Shown here: piece by piece, positions 9,767 to 20,018 of the stretch
Layout of the letters: each line of letters starts with the position of its first letter
How positions within the stretch are numbered: position 1 is the first letter of the stretch
NCBI GenBank assembly: GCA_033723415.1
Contig: JAWVXD010000005.1
Location: 1 to 64,000 of the forward strand
Source: Sulfurospirillaceae bacterium
GTDB taxonomy: Bacteria > Campylobacterota > Campylobacteria > Campylobacterales > Sulfurospirillaceae
DNA: 64,000 nucleotides
Direction of reading: 5' to 3'
Translations under genes and position numbers: made by a program
Notes under the pieces: model-generated
The model's database searches: none
What the model was told of the DNA's origin: nothing
What the model saw: only the letters and a program-made list of their open reading frames with translations

Positions 9767-11030
9767 TTTTTAATGCCTGGTATGCTATATCTTGTCTAAA
9801 TTGCTTTCCTGCAAAGTGTATTTGTCCGCAAAGCAAATAAGCTTTGTCTCTAGCTTCCTTAATCGTATCTCCAACACCTATACAAAGGAGAACTCTGCCT
9901 CCTGTTGCATACAGCTTGCCACTATCTTCACTTACCCCTGCATAAGATATATACGTATCTTCTAGTGCATCATGAACTGATTTATCAACTATGATCTCAG
10001 AAGGAGTAGAGCTTTTATATGGATAATTTTGACTGGCGATTACAATACCTACGGCATGTTTATTGATAAACTCTAGATTTAAGTTTTTAAGATCTCCACT
10101 CGCTGCCTTATAAAATAGCTCACTTGCAGGTGTTTTTAAAAGAGGCATAAGCACCTCGCACTCAGGGTCTCCAAATCTTACGTTATATTCCAATACAATA
10201 GGCTCACCCTCAACAACCATAATCCCTATAAATAACACACCCTCAAATGGACATCCCTCTTCTCTCATGCTCTTCAAAGTAGGAACAATAACTCTATCTT
10301 CTATTTTTTTATACAATTTATCGTCTATCAACGGAGTTGGAGCATAAGCACCCATTCCTCCTGTATTTGGACCGAGATCACCATCAAGTAATCTTTTGTG
10401 ATCTTGTACAGCAGGTAGCACTTTATAATCTGTCCCATCGCATATAGCAAATACCGAAAGTTCATAACCGTCTAAGAACTCTTCTACTATGACTTTTTTC
10501 CCGGCTTCTCCAAAACTTTCACCGCTCAACATATCTTTTGCAGCAGTTTTTGCTTCTTCCTTGCTTTTAGCTATGATGACGCCTTTGCCGCCGCATAGGC
10601 CATCTGCCTTTACAACTATAGGTTCTTTGAGACTGTCTATAAACTCAGCAGCTTTTTTATAATCTTGTGTTTCGATATATCTAGCAGTAGGAATATTGTA
10701 TTTTGATAAGAAGTTTTTCATGTAGACTTTAGAACCTTCTAATCTTGAAGCATCTTTTGATGAGCCAAATACTAAAAGTCCTCTTTTTTTAAAAACATCG
10801 ACTATACCCTCGACCAACGGAGCTTCCGGGCCGACTATAGTCAAATCAATATTGTTCTCTTGTGCAAAATCAGCCAATTTTTCATGATCGGAAATATTTA
10901 TATTTTGAGCAAACCTAGTTGTTGCACCATTTCCGGGAGCAAAATATATATTTTTAACATTTTCATCTTTTTTTAACGCAAGACCGATAGAATATTCTCT
11001 ACCTCCACTTCCAACTACCAAAACATTCAT
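9756..11030 (-). CDS. purD: Phosphoribosylamine-glycine ligase
   Basis: MNVLVVGSGGRE, VGPEAPL, KADGLCGGKGV, GPNTGGMGA, EYNVRFGDPE; start trimmed to ATG 11030. Confidence 0.97.
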   Translation of the reverse strand: MNVLVVGSGGREYSIGLALKKDENVKNIYFAPGNGATTRFAQNINISDHEKLADFAQENNIDLTIVGPEAPLVEGIVDVFKKRGLLVFGSSKDASRLEGSKVYMKNFLSKYNIPTARYIETQDYKKAAEFIDSLKEPIVVKADGLCGGKGVIIAKSKEEAKTAAKDMLSGESFGEAGKKVIVEEFLDGYELSVFAICDGTDYKVLPAVQDHKRLLDGDLGPNTGGMGAYAPTPLIDDKLYKKIEDRVIVPTLKSMREEGCPFEGVLFIGIMVVEGEPIVLEYNVRFGDPECEVLMPLLKTPASELFYKAASGDLKNLNLEFINKHAVGIVIASQNYPYKSSTPSEIIVDKSVHDALEDTYISYAGVSEDSGKLYATGGRVLLCIGVGDTIKEARDKAYLLCGQIHFAGKQFRQDIAYQALKNDR

Positions 11031-11100
11031 CAAATAAATCTCCAAATAATAAAGACCTCTTTTATAACTTAGAAACTATCATAGGTTATAAAAAAAGTCT

Positions 11101-11135
11101 AATAAAAGCAGCACACACAAAATGCGCATACTGCT
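11101..11135 (-). terminator. Intrinsic terminator of 6S RNA
   Basis: AGCAGUAUGCGC-AUUUU-GUGUGUGCUGCU hairpin (with G-U pairs) followed by a U-rich tail on the minus strand. Confidence 0.75.
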
Positions 11136-11136
11136 A

Positions 11137-11326
11137 ACCCAAGCAGGCGTTCGTTTACAGTTTGGCCCTATTAAGCCAACGATGTAGAACTAATTTTATT
11201 TTTAGGCTGCAGATTCTAACCAGGTTAGTGGCTCAAGCAAAAATACAGACGCACCAATAAAACACCCGTCCCACAAATAACAATATGTTGGACCCTCATA
11301 AAAAACGGTGTCGCTCCACTCAGGCA
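11137..11326 (-). ncRNA. ssrS: 6S RNA
   Basis: ~190 nt between a TATAAT -10 box (11333-11338) and a terminator; 5' CCUGAGUGG pairs with 3' CUGCUUGGG. Position upstream of purD matches the epsilonproteobacterial purD motif, known to be 6S RNA. Ends approximate. Confidence 0.8.
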
Positions 11327-11357
11327 ATTAAAATTATAGGCAATTTTTGCTTAAATA

Positions 11358-11990
11358 TCAAATACTTTTTGCCAAATCAACACAGCTTTGTATTGTTTGT
11401 TCATGCGCTACAAGTATATCAATATTTGCAGGGATCGCAGATGCTGTTATATTACCAATGGCTACAGCTTTATAGCTGTCATCCCAATTAAAGTTTTTGA
11501 AAAAACACTTAACCGTAGATGGAGAAGTAAATATAATAACGGCATTCAAAGGAGGTTTTTTGATGATTTCATACTTATGACAAACAGTTTCATATATGAT
11601 CTTTTCATCTAAATCTATATCATTTTCTTTCAAGATAACATTTAGATTGGAAATCACTTTTGCAGCTCTTAAAAAAAGGACTTTTTTGTCTTTTAGTTTA
11701 TCTTTGATCTCTTCTGCAAAGAGATCTCCATAAGAGTCTTTAGAAGTAAATACAAGATTTGCATGATGTTTCTTAATCTCTTGTGAGGTTCCTTGTCCTA
11801 TAGAGTATATCTCTTTTTTAGTCCAGTTTGTGTCAATGGAGTTTAGTGCTCTAACTGCATTTTTAGAAGTAAAGATCAAACTGTCATAAAGACCAAGATC
11901 AATTTCTTCTTTCAGAAAATTGATCTCGATCATGGGCAAATTTATAGTACCTTCAAAATTTTCATTATTCAGAAGATAAATTTTCCCCAA
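11358..11990 (-). CDS. hemD: Uroporphyrinogen-III synthase
   Basis: LIFTSKNAV, SIGQGT, IIYET, IFTSPSTV, AIGNITA. Confidence 0.88.
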   Translation of the reverse strand: MGKIYLLNNENFEGTINLPMIEINFLKEEIDLGLYDSLIFTSKNAVRALNSIDTNWTKKEIYSIGQGTSQEIKKHHANLVFTSKDSYGDLFAEEIKDKLKDKKVLFLRAAKVISNLNVILKENDIDLDEKIIYETVCHKYEIIKKPPLNAVIIFTSPSTVKCFFKNFNWDDSYKAVAIGNITASAIPANIDILVAHEQTIQSCVDLAKSI

Positions 11991-11993
11991 ATC

Positions 11994-13544
11994 TTACTCC
12001 CATTCTATAGTTGAAGGCGGTTTAGAAGATATATCATAAACAACCCTGTTGATACCCTCAACTTCGTTTATGATCCTGCCGCTCATTCTCTCTAGAAGAT
12101 CATGAGGTAATCTTGCAAAAGTTGCCGTCATCCCATCAACGCTCTCTACAATTCTGACACAGATCGTATTGTCATATGTTCTATTATCACCCATGACACC
12201 GACACTCTTTACATTTAACAAAACAGTAAATGCTTGCCAAGTCTTATCATAATATCCGCTAGATTTAAGTTCATCCAGCATGATCACATCTGATTTTCTC
12301 AATATTTCCAAATCTTTTTTATTAACTTCTCCCATAATCCTAATAGCAAGTCCCGGACCTGGAAACGGATGTCTGGCTATCATCTCTTGCGGGATTCCAA
12401 GTTCTAATCCAAGAGCTCTTACCTCATCTTTAAAAAGTTCTCTCAGAGGTTCTATCAATTCAAATTTCATCCAATCAGGCAAGCCTCCGACGTTATGGTG
12501 AGATTTGATCGTCTTGCTTGGACCTTTTACAGATACTGATTCGATGACATCAGGGTATAGTGTTCCTTGTGCTAGATATTTTATATCATCGTGTTTTTTT
12601 GCTTCATTTGCAAATATCTCTATAAAAGTATGCCCTATGATCTTCCTTTTTTCTTCAGGATCAATTACTCCCTCTAACCTATTTAGATAAGTTTCAGTAG
12701 CATCTATAGTGATAAGAGGTATCTTTAGCTTTGATTTGAACATATCTTCAACGTCTTTTCTTTCATTTGCCCGAAGTAATCCTGTATCAACAAAAATTGC
12801 AACCAATTTATCGCCTATTGCTTCATTCAACAATGCTGCTACTACCGAACTGTCAACCCCTCCGCTAACTGCACACAAAACTTTGCCGTCTTTAACTTTG
12901 GTTTGAATCTTTTTAATCTCTTCTTTTGCAAAGGAACCCATATTCCATGTAGTTTCACATCCGCATATATATTTGGCAAAATTTTTAAGTATCACGCCTC
13001 CATAAACTGAGTGAGAAACTTCAGGGTGAAATTGTAAGGCATATATTTTTTTCTCTTCATTCGCAACTGCAGCATAAGGAGAGTTTGAGCTGTGTGCTAT
13101 TTTTACAAAGCCTTTTGGAAGAGATTCTGCTTTGTCTGCATGAGACATCCAAACAATTTGTTTGTCCTGAGTATCTTTAAAAATAGGATTTACTTCGTTA
13201 TTGACAAGGTCAAATGTTATCTCTGCTTTGCCGTATTCATGATGAAGAGCAGGCACTACTTCTCCTCCAAAATGATCAATTATGAGCTGCATACCATAAC
13301 ATATACTCAATATAGGCAGTCCCAATTCAAAAATTTCATCATCGACCTTATATGCATCTTCATCATAAATTGAAGCAGGGCCTCCTGATAGAATCAAACC
13401 TTTTGGATTTTTTGTCTTAATGTTTTCAATTGGTTCGTTATAAGGCACTATTTCGCAGTAAACCTTTTCTTCTCTCATTCTTCTTGCGATCAACTGAGTA
13501 TATTGTGAACCGAAATCTAGTACTATTATAGGGACTTGTTTCAT
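11994..13544 (-). CDS. guaA: GMP synthase (glutamine-hydrolysing)
   Basis: [41 protein letters not shown]. Confidence 0.98.
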   Translation of the reverse strand: MKQVPIIVLDFGSQYTQLIARRMREEKVYCEIVPYNEPIENIKTKNPKGLILSGGPASIYDEDAYKVDDEIFELGLPILSICYGMQLIIDHFGGEVVPALHHEYGKAEITFDLVNNEVNPIFKDTQDKQIVWMSHADKAESLPKGFVKIAHSSNSPYAAVANEEKKIYALQFHPEVSHSVYGGVILKNFAKYICGCETTWNMGSFAKEEIKKIQTKVKDGKVLCAVSGGVDSSVVAALLNEAIGDKLVAIFVDTGLLRANERKDVEDMFKSKLKIPLITIDATETYLNRLEGVIDPEEKRKIIGHTFIEIFANEAKKHDDIKYLAQGTLYPDVIESVSVKGPSKTIKSHHNVGGLPDWMKFELIEPLRELFKDEVRALGLELGIPQEMIARHPFPGPGLAIRIMGEVNKKDLEILRKSDVIMLDELKSSGYYDKTWQAFTVLLNVKSVGVMGDNRTYDNTICVRIVESVDGMTATFARLPHDLLERMSGRIINEVEGINRVVYDISSKPPSTIEWE

Positions 13545-13600
13545 ATTGATTTCTCCTTTTTACCAAGCAATGCTAAGCAAAAATTCCTATGTCTTTTCAT
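13541..13600 (-). CDS. Putative 19-aa upstream ORF coupled to guaA
   Basis: [34 protein letters not shown]; stop overlaps the guaA start (ATGA). Confidence 0.3.
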   Translation of the reverse strand: MKRHRNFCLALLGKKEKSI

Positions 13601-13615
13601 TATTTTCCTTTTAAA

Positions 13616-14971
13616 TTAAAATTCTTTAAATATCTCAAACTGTATGTACCATACAATAACTGAGGCCATGTATCCCAAAAGCACTGTCCATGCATATCTC
13701 AGGTGAGATGAGAATGTATAGATCCCTCTCAGTTTACCCATAACACCGACTCCTGCTGCTGAGCCGAAACTTATCAAGCTTCCGCCGATACCAGCAGTCA
13801 TAGTCACAAGTAACCACTGATCCATACCCATATTTGGATTTGATTTTAAAACTGCGCTCATGACAGGAACATTATCAACTATAGCCGATAAAAACCCTAC
13901 TCCTATGTTAACCGCATCTGGTCCGACTATACCGTAAAGTTTAGCTGCCAGATCCAAGAAACCCAAAAAGTGCAATCCGCCGACTGCTGCTAAAATTCCA
14001 ACAAAAAATAAAAGTGTATCATGTTCTATTTTGCTTATTGAGTGAAATATATTTAATTCTACATTATTTCGCTTCTTTAGTTTGAATGCATAGAGTTTTA
14101 ACAAAGACAATCCAAATATCATTCCCCACATAGCAGGCAAATGAAAAAATTGATGTGCCAATACGGCAGATACTATAGTCAAAACACCTAGTAGCATAAC
14201 AATTTGTCCACCTTCATATATCTCTTCTTTGTGCTCGGTTGCAGCATTAAAGTGTGGTTTGTCTTTTGGAACGAACAAAGACAGAAGCCAAGCTGTAAGC
14301 ACCCATCCCACAACTGCAGGAATAAACAGATAAAAGAAATCGACAAAGCCTGCTTTTTCTGCCGTCCAAGACATCAAAGTAGTTATATCGCCAAATGGAC
14401 TCCAGGCACCGCCTGCATTTGCAGCGACAACTATGTTTATAGCTCCCGGCACCAAAAATTCTTTTCTCTCTTTTTCTATTGTTATCAATACGGTTGAGAG
14501 TATAAGAGCCGTGGTCAAGTTATCTGCAACAGGACTTATAAAAAATGACAAAGCTCCCGTCATCCAAAAAAGTTTTTTGTATGAATAGCCTTTTGAAACA
14601 AGATTGAATTTTAAAGCATTAAAAACATTTCTGTTGATTAGAGTTTCTATATATGTCATAGCCACCATCAAGAAGAAAAATATCTCGGCAATTTCTAATA
14701 TAAGCTTGTCTACTTCATGAGCCAGCGGTGCTTGATCCATACCATTCATCGCATAATAAAAACCTATCAGCATAAAAATAAAAGTACCTATGAACAAAGC
14801 AGGTTTTGCTTTATTTATATGATAATTTTCTTCTGCCGCGATTATATAGTAACCTACGACAAAAATTATCAAAGAAACTACTCCCACCCAAGTAGTTGTA
14901 AGATGTTCCCCTCCGGCAGCGAATGCACTAAGTGCAAGAGCCAACAGTAACCCCAAAATTTTCATATTCAA
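13616..14971 (-). CDS. nhaD: Na+/H+ antiporter NhaD
   Basis: KAKPAL, SPVADNLTTAL, AANAGGAWSPFGDITTL, SAIVDNVP, GGSLISFGSAAGV. Confidence 0.9.
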   Translation of the reverse strand: MNMKILGLLLALALSAFAAGGEHLTTTWVGVVSLIIFVVGYYIIAAEENYHINKAKPALFIGTFIFMLIGFYYAMNGMDQAPLAHEVDKLILEIAEIFFFLMVAMTYIETLINRNVFNALKFNLVSKGYSYKKLFWMTGALSFFISPVADNLTTALILSTVLITIEKERKEFLVPGAINIVVAANAGGAWSPFGDITTLMSWTAEKAGFVDFFYLFIPAVVGWVLTAWLLSLFVPKDKPHFNAATEHKEEIYEGGQIVMLLGVLTIVSAVLAHQFFHLPAMWGMIFGLSLLKLYAFKLKKRNNVELNIFHSISKIEHDTLLFFVGILAAVGGLHFLGFLDLAAKLYGIVGPDAVNIGVGFLSAIVDNVPVMSAVLKSNPNMGMDQWLLVTMTAGIGGSLISFGSAAGVGVMGKLRGIYTFSSHLRYAWTVLLGYMASVIVWYIQFEIFKEF

Positions 14972-16431
14972 TCTCTCCTTATTATGTAGTGTGCGCCCAA
15001 AGATTCTTTTCTCTTAAAGGCACTCTTTATTATCTCTTGTGAACTTAACAATCTAAGCCTCAAAAGTTTTCCAGTTGGTAATTCTAGCATATCTTCAACG
15101 CTTTCTTGTGCTTTTCGTAAATTTTCTTCATCTCGGATGATTCCTACATTTCCCCACATTAGATTCCTGAGCTGGTTTTTGAGTTCTTTGTCTCCTTCTT
15201 TTATCAATGGTGGTTCGATTTCATCAAATTTTATAGATTTTTTTCTATTACATGATCTTGCAGATATATCTTGTGCCACTCTGCGAGAAAAGACAAATCC
15301 CTCTAAAAGAGAGTTGCTTGCTAATCTATTTGCTCCATGAACTCTTGTATTGGCTGCTTCTCCAACTGCATAAAGGCAGGATATTCCATCTACTCTTCCA
15401 AAAAGATCGCACTTTATTCCACCCATAGCATAATGGAAAGCCGGAGATATAGGTATAAGATCTTGAGGCAGATTATATCCCATATTGTTCATGTTAAAAT
15501 ATATACTAGGAAATCTTTTCATAAAAAAACCGTCTTCAAAATTGCTAACATCCAAAAATATTTTTTTATCTACATTCTTTTGATAATCAAAAATTGCTTG
15601 AGATACGATATTTCTAGGACTTAACTCACCGCGTTCATCATAATCAAATAAAAATCTTCTTCCTTTGCTATCTACGATCATAGCGCCCTCTCCTCTTAGA
15701 GATTCGCTCAATAATTGCTTTCTGACAGCATTACTTTGTACAAAAACAGTCGGATGAAACTGCATCATTTCCATATCTCGCAAGGCTATCCCATGACTAA
15801 GACAAATACCTTGCAAATCTGCACTAATGGTTCTTGCATTTGTGTGGTATTCATAAAGAGAACCTACTCCTCCACTGGCGATAACTACATTTTTGGCATA
15901 GATATTGAAAATCTCATTGTTGTGAAAAACCCTGACACCGTAACATACTCCATCTTCTATCAATAGATCTGTCACTTGAGTATTGTATAGAATCGGAAAT
16001 TTTAAATTATCCATCAAGTGAAGATGTATATATCGTCCGGTAGCGTCTCCGCCGGCATGTAAAATTCTATTTCTTGAGTGTGCGGCTTCTTTTGTATAGA
16101 GTAAATTTCCATTTCTGTCTTTGTCAAAATTAAAACCGCTGTTTATAAAATCTTTGATCGCATCTCTACCTTCATGACATAAAACTTCTACAGCATCTTT
16201 ATCACAAAGCCCTGCTCCTGCATTAAGCGTATCTTCTATATGGGAAACCACATCTTCAGCATCTACGGCAACTGCCACTCCGCCTTGTGCATAAAAAGTA
16301 TTGCATTCCCAGGCATAATCTTTTGATATAACCAAAACATCAGAATTTTCATCAAGATGATTCGCAGTATTTAATCCAGCAACCCCGGTGCCGATTATCA
16401 GCACATCATATATTCGTTTTGAAAATTTCAT
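14968..16431 (-). CDS. nadB: L-aspartate oxidase
   Basis: GTGVAGL, YAQGGV, EAAHSRNRILH, QFHPT, HGANRLASNSLLE. Confidence 0.95.
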   Translation of the reverse strand: MKFSKRIYDVLIIGTGVAGLNTANHLDENSDVLVISKDYAWECNTFYAQGGVAVAVDAEDVVSHIEDTLNAGAGLCDKDAVEVLCHEGRDAIKDFINSGFNFDKDRNGNLLYTKEAAHSRNRILHAGGDATGRYIHLHLMDNLKFPILYNTQVTDLLIEDGVCYGVRVFHNNEIFNIYAKNVVIASGGVGSLYEYHTNARTISADLQGICLSHGIALRDMEMMQFHPTVFVQSNAVRKQLLSESLRGEGAMIVDSKGRRFLFDYDERGELSPRNIVSQAIFDYQKNVDKKIFLDVSNFEDGFFMKRFPSIYFNMNNMGYNLPQDLIPISPAFHYAMGGIKCDLFGRVDGISCLYAVGEAANTRVHGANRLASNSLLEGFVFSRRVAQDISARSCNRKKSIKFDEIEPPLIKEGDKELKNQLRNLMWGNVGIIRDEENLRKAQESVEDMLELPTGKLLRLRLLSSQEIIKSAFKRKESLGAHYIIRRD

Positions 16432-16559
16432 TTTGGAGCTTTAGCAGTTTGATTTTGTCCCTTATATGTAGGAGGACCTTTATATCCGCAACCTGTAAAG
16501 CTAAAGCAAAGTGATGCTATAATTAGAGTATGAAAAAAGCAAATTATATAATTTCTCAT
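16428..16559 (-). CDS. Small lipoprotein, LptM/YifL-like (43 aa)
   Basis: MRNYIICFFHTLIIASLCFSFTGCGYKGPPTYKGQNQTAKAPK*; lipobox-like FTGC followed by CGxKGP; stop overlaps nadB start (ATGA). Not in ORF track. Confidence 0.7.
   Translation of the reverse strand: MRNYIICFFHTLIIASLCFSFTGCGYKGPPTYKGQNQTAKAPK
16515..16523 (+). promoter_or_regulatory. Extended -10 promoter (TGcTATAAT), probably giving a leaderless mRNA
   Basis: TGCTATAAT is followed by 6 nt and then the ATG at 16530; no SD in between. Confidence 0.6.
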
Positions 16560-16985
16560 TTGAAAAACAGACCTTATTTAAAAAAATTGCAACATGTTGA
16601 GTGTTTCAATATGCTGTTATCTTTATTGCCTAAGAATATAAGTGAAAATACAAGATTTATGTATCAAAAAAATGATACTCTGTTTTTCGTGCTTACTCAT
16701 CCAGGTATAAAAATGGAATTTAATTATAAGAGTAATTTGATAAAGAGTATATTAAAAAAGCTCATAGAACTCAATCCGCAATGTATATTTATGAATTCTA
16801 ATAATATAAAAGCGTTCGTAACCAACAAAATAACAATAAAAGAACAGTTAAATTCTAAAAAAAATAAACAAAGATATAAAGAGCGTTCAAACGCTTCATT
16901 TGAAAATAGATCAGAGGATCAAGAGCTAAAAGAACTGTTTGAAGAGATCAGAAAAACTATCAAGGAAACAAAACAGCAAGAATGA
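16530..16985 (+). CDS. Conserved hypothetical protein, possibly DciA/DUF721-like
   Basis: NDTLFFVLTHPGIKMEFNYKSNLIKSIL resembles the DUF721 core; basic, low-complexity C-terminal part; overlaps uvrC start. Confidence 0.55.
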   Translation: MKKANYIISHLKNRPYLKKLQHVECFNMLLSLLPKNISENTRFMYQKNDTLFFVLTHPGIKMEFNYKSNLIKSILKKLIELNPQCIFMNSNNIKAFVTNKITIKEQLNSKKNKQRYKERSNASFENRSEDQELKELFEEIRKTIKETKQQE

Positions 16986-18778
16986 GATTAGAAGAAAAAT
17001 TAAAGACTTTACCTACTAGTAGCGGCGTATATCAATACTTTGACGAATTTGACAATCTTCTTTACGTTGGCAAAGCCAAAAATTTAAAGAACAGAGTCAA
17101 AAGCTATTTTCGATCATTGTCAAATATTCAACCTGCATTTAATCTCAGTCTTAGAATTGCAAAGATGATAAGTGAAACAAAAGATATAAGATATATCTTG
17201 GTTGAAAATGAGCATGATGCTCTTATATTGGAAAATTCTCTCATAAAACAATTAAAACCAAAATACAATATCTTGCTCAGAGACGATAAGACATATCCTT
17301 ATATCTCTATTGATCTAGATGATGAATTTCCTAGATTCGAGATAACCAGAAAAATAATAAATAAAAAAAATATAAAGTACTTCGGTCCCTTTTCAAGCTC
17401 ATCAAAAGAGATCATTGACTCAATATATATGTTATTTAATCTGGTACAAAAAAAGAGTTGTATAAAAGGTAAAAAAGCCTGTTTATTTTATCAAATGAAA
17501 AAATGTTATGCTCCATGTGAGGGCAAGATCAAAAAAGAAGAATATGAAATCATAGTCAATGAAGCTATAAATGCCTTAAAGAATAGAAAAAAAATGATAG
17601 ATATGCTTGAAGAAAAGATGCTGAGATCCGCAACTCAAGAAAATTTTGAAGAAGCTGCAAATATTAGAGATATGATTCGCGCAGTCAAAAATTCTATGCA
17701 TATAACACAAGTTGATCTGGCAAAATTGGAAGATCTAGATATATTTTATGTTCATACCGTAGCTACAAACGCTATCATTATAAAAATTTTTATGCGCGAC
17801 GGCAAGATAATATCAACTGACCATACTATACTTAAAAACTCGGAAGGATTTGACAAAGATGAGCTCTACAAAAGAGTTCTTTTGCAGTTTTATAACAGGA
17901 ACTCACCTCTTTTGTGTACACAGATCTTAGTAGGTGAAGATTTTAAAGACAGAGCTGACGTAGAAAATTTTATTCAAAATGTTTTTAACAAAAAGATCAA
18001 GATAACCTGCCCAAAAATAGGTGAAAAAACAAAACTACTAGAATTGTCCAAGAAAAATGCACAATACTTGCTCACTTTAGAGAACAATAAAAAAGATCTA
18101 GCGATAGAGATACAAAGTCTTTTTAACTTAAGTATTGCTCCTTATAGGATCGAAGTCTTTGACAATTCACATTTAGGAGGTGTAGCAAGTGTCGGAGGCA
18201 TGATTGTTTGGGACAAAAAATTTGACAAATCCAGCTATAGAAAATACAATCTTAGTGAAAAGAATGAATACGCACAAATGAGAGAAATGCTCACAAGAAG
18301 AATAGACGATTTTTCTACAAATCCAAAGCCTGACCTTTGGCTATTGGACGGTGGAGCAACTTTATTGAAACTGGCACGCAAATTGCTGGAAGAAAAAAAT
18401 ATAAACCTTGATGTGCTTGCTATTTCAAAAGAGAAACATGATGCAAAATCAAATCGCTCCAGAGGAAAAGCAAAAGATATAATACATTACGACAAATATA
18501 ATCTTTCATTATCTACGAATGATGAAAGATTACATTTTTTACAAAAATTAAGAGACGAAGCTCATAGATTTGCTATCACGTTTCATCAAAAAAAGAAAAG
18601 AAAACTAGATCTAAATGACAAATTGACGACAATAGACGGAGTTGGCGTTGCTACCGTCAAAAAACTTCTTTCTTTTTTTGGAACTTATGATTCGATATAT
18701 AGTTCATCATTAGAAGATTTAGAGACAGTTGTCAATAAAAATTTGGCAAAAAAGATTTATAATTTTTGTCAAAGATAA
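16982..18778 (+). CDS. uvrC: Excinuclease ABC subunit C
   Basis: GIY-YIG (GVY...YVGKAKNLKNRVKSYF), RIEVFDNSH, LLDGG, RDEAHRFAI, HhH. Confidence 0.97.
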   Translation: MRLEEKLKTLPTSSGVYQYFDEFDNLLYVGKAKNLKNRVKSYFRSLSNIQPAFNLSLRIAKMISETKDIRYILVENEHDALILENSLIKQLKPKYNILLRDDKTYPYISIDLDDEFPRFEITRKIINKKNIKYFGPFSSSSKEIIDSIYMLFNLVQKKSCIKGKKACLFYQMKKCYAPCEGKIKKEEYEIIVNEAINALKNRKKMIDMLEEKMLRSATQENFEEAANIRDMIRAVKNSMHITQVDLAKLEDLDIFYVHTVATNAIIIKIFMRDGKIISTDHTILKNSEGFDKDELYKRVLLQFYNRNSPLLCTQILVGEDFKDRADVENFIQNVFNKKIKITCPKIGEKTKLLELSKKNAQYLLTLENNKKDLAIEIQSLFNLSIAPYRIEVFDNSHLGGVASVGGMIVWDKKFDKSSYRKYNLSEKNEYAQMREMLTRRIDDFSTNPKPDLWLLDGGATLLKLARKLLEEKNINLDVLAISKEKHDAKSNRSRGKAKDIIHYDKYNLSLSTNDERLHFLQKLRDEAHRFAITFHQKKKRKLDLNDKLTTIDGVGVATVKKLLSFFGTYDSIYSSSLEDLETVVNKNLAKKIYNFCQR

Positions 18779-18881
18779 CTCTTGAGTCAGTATTATATGA
18801 CTTTAAGTATTACTTAGTTAGAATTTATCAGCCGATGTTTAATTTGAGATTACTGCCACAATATACACAAAAGGATTAGAT

Positions 18882-20018
18882 TTGATATTGTATGATAAAA
18901 AAGGTAATTTTTTAGGTATGAGTCAAAAAGAGCTATCTTCTTTAGGATTTCAAGATCTAGATGAGTTCAAGAGCTATCACACTGATATAGCGGATATGTT
19001 CGTTAATCGTCCGGGATATATCTCAAATTTTAAAAATTTCTCTTGGATAGATTATGCTCTACACAGCGGTGCTCCAAATAAAAATATACTTATCAAAAAC
19101 AAAAACGGTAATGAAATGGAAGCAATACTTCACATTTCAGAAGTATTCTTAGTCGACACACTAAATAATGAATCAGGTATCTACAATATCGAAATTGATT
19201 TTAACTCAGATGTAAATAAAATAAATGCAAATCCAATTTTTTCTTCAGAACCGGAATCAGACGATACTGTAGATACTTCTGAAATAGAAAATGAAACAGA
19301 TACTTCATATTCAACGGTTGATGAGGATAATACAGAGAAAAGCGAAGAACCTGAAAATAATGATTTTATAGCAGAAGATTTTGATACAAGCAGTTATGAA
19401 AATATAAACAACAAAGAATCAAGCCTGGATTATACCACAGATACCGATATCCCCATAGCAGAATACGAGCCAAATATAAAACTCAAGATTGATTTCGATT
19501 CCGATGACTTTGAGTCTGATGAAGATACAAATACTAACAAGATACAAGTAGATCTTGAAGATGAATTTGATAATGCGATCAACATAAAAGATGATCCTGC
19601 ATTAGATGAAGAGCTTAAAACTTACACAGAACCTGAACCTATAAGCAATAATCAAATAGAAGAAGAGATGAATTTTGAACCAATAATCTCAATAAAACAA
19701 GAACCAGAAGAAATTGACATAACGCAGATTGCTGAAGACACAGGTGTAGGATTGGAAGATTTGGCACAGTTTATCAATGAGTTCATTGATGAGTCAAAAA
19801 GCGCTATAAATCTTATCAAATCATCACAAGAGACGCAAAATTTAGAATTTATCAAAAATAAACTGGTAATGCTAAAGGGTATAGTAGCTCCGCTAAAAAT
19901 CTACAGCATAGTCAACACTTTAGATTTAGTAATATCGAGTATAGGACATGATGACTTTAACAATAAGTTAGATATATTTGCAACTCAAGTGAAAAATTTA
20001 GAGGAAAATCTATTTTGA
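18882..20018 (+). CDS. Highly acidic protein: N-terminal globular (PAS-like?) domain, D/E-rich linker, C-terminal Hpt-like helical domain without the His
   Basis: D/E-rich middle; C-terminal IAEDTGVGLEDLAQFINEFIDE...KLVMLKGIVAPL. Confidence 0.6.
   Translation: MILYDKKGNFLGMSQKELSSLGFQDLDEFKSYHTDIADMFVNRPGYISNFKNFSWIDYALHSGAPNKNILIKNKNGNEMEAILHISEVFLVDTLNNESGIYNIEIDFNSDVNKINANPIFSSEPESDDTVDTSEIENETDTSYSTVDEDNTEKSEEPENNDFIAEDFDTSSYENINNKESSLDYTTDTDIPIAEYEPNIKLKIDFDSDDFESDEDTNTNKIQVDLEDEFDNAINIKDDPALDEELKTYTEPEPISNNQIEEEMNFEPIISIKQEPEEIDITQIAEDTGVGLEDLAQFINEFIDESKSAINLIKSSQETQNLEFIKNKLVMLKGIVAPLKIYSIVNTLDLVISSIGHDDFNNKLDIFATQVKNLEENLF

Noticed and set aside
11137..11326. Purine-sensing riboswitch for purD
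   Set aside because: It has its own promoter and terminator and fits the size, rod-like end pairing and position of epsilonproteobacterial 6S RNA.
11285..11491. 68-aa plus-strand ORF
   Set aside because: Antisense to 6S RNA and hemD.
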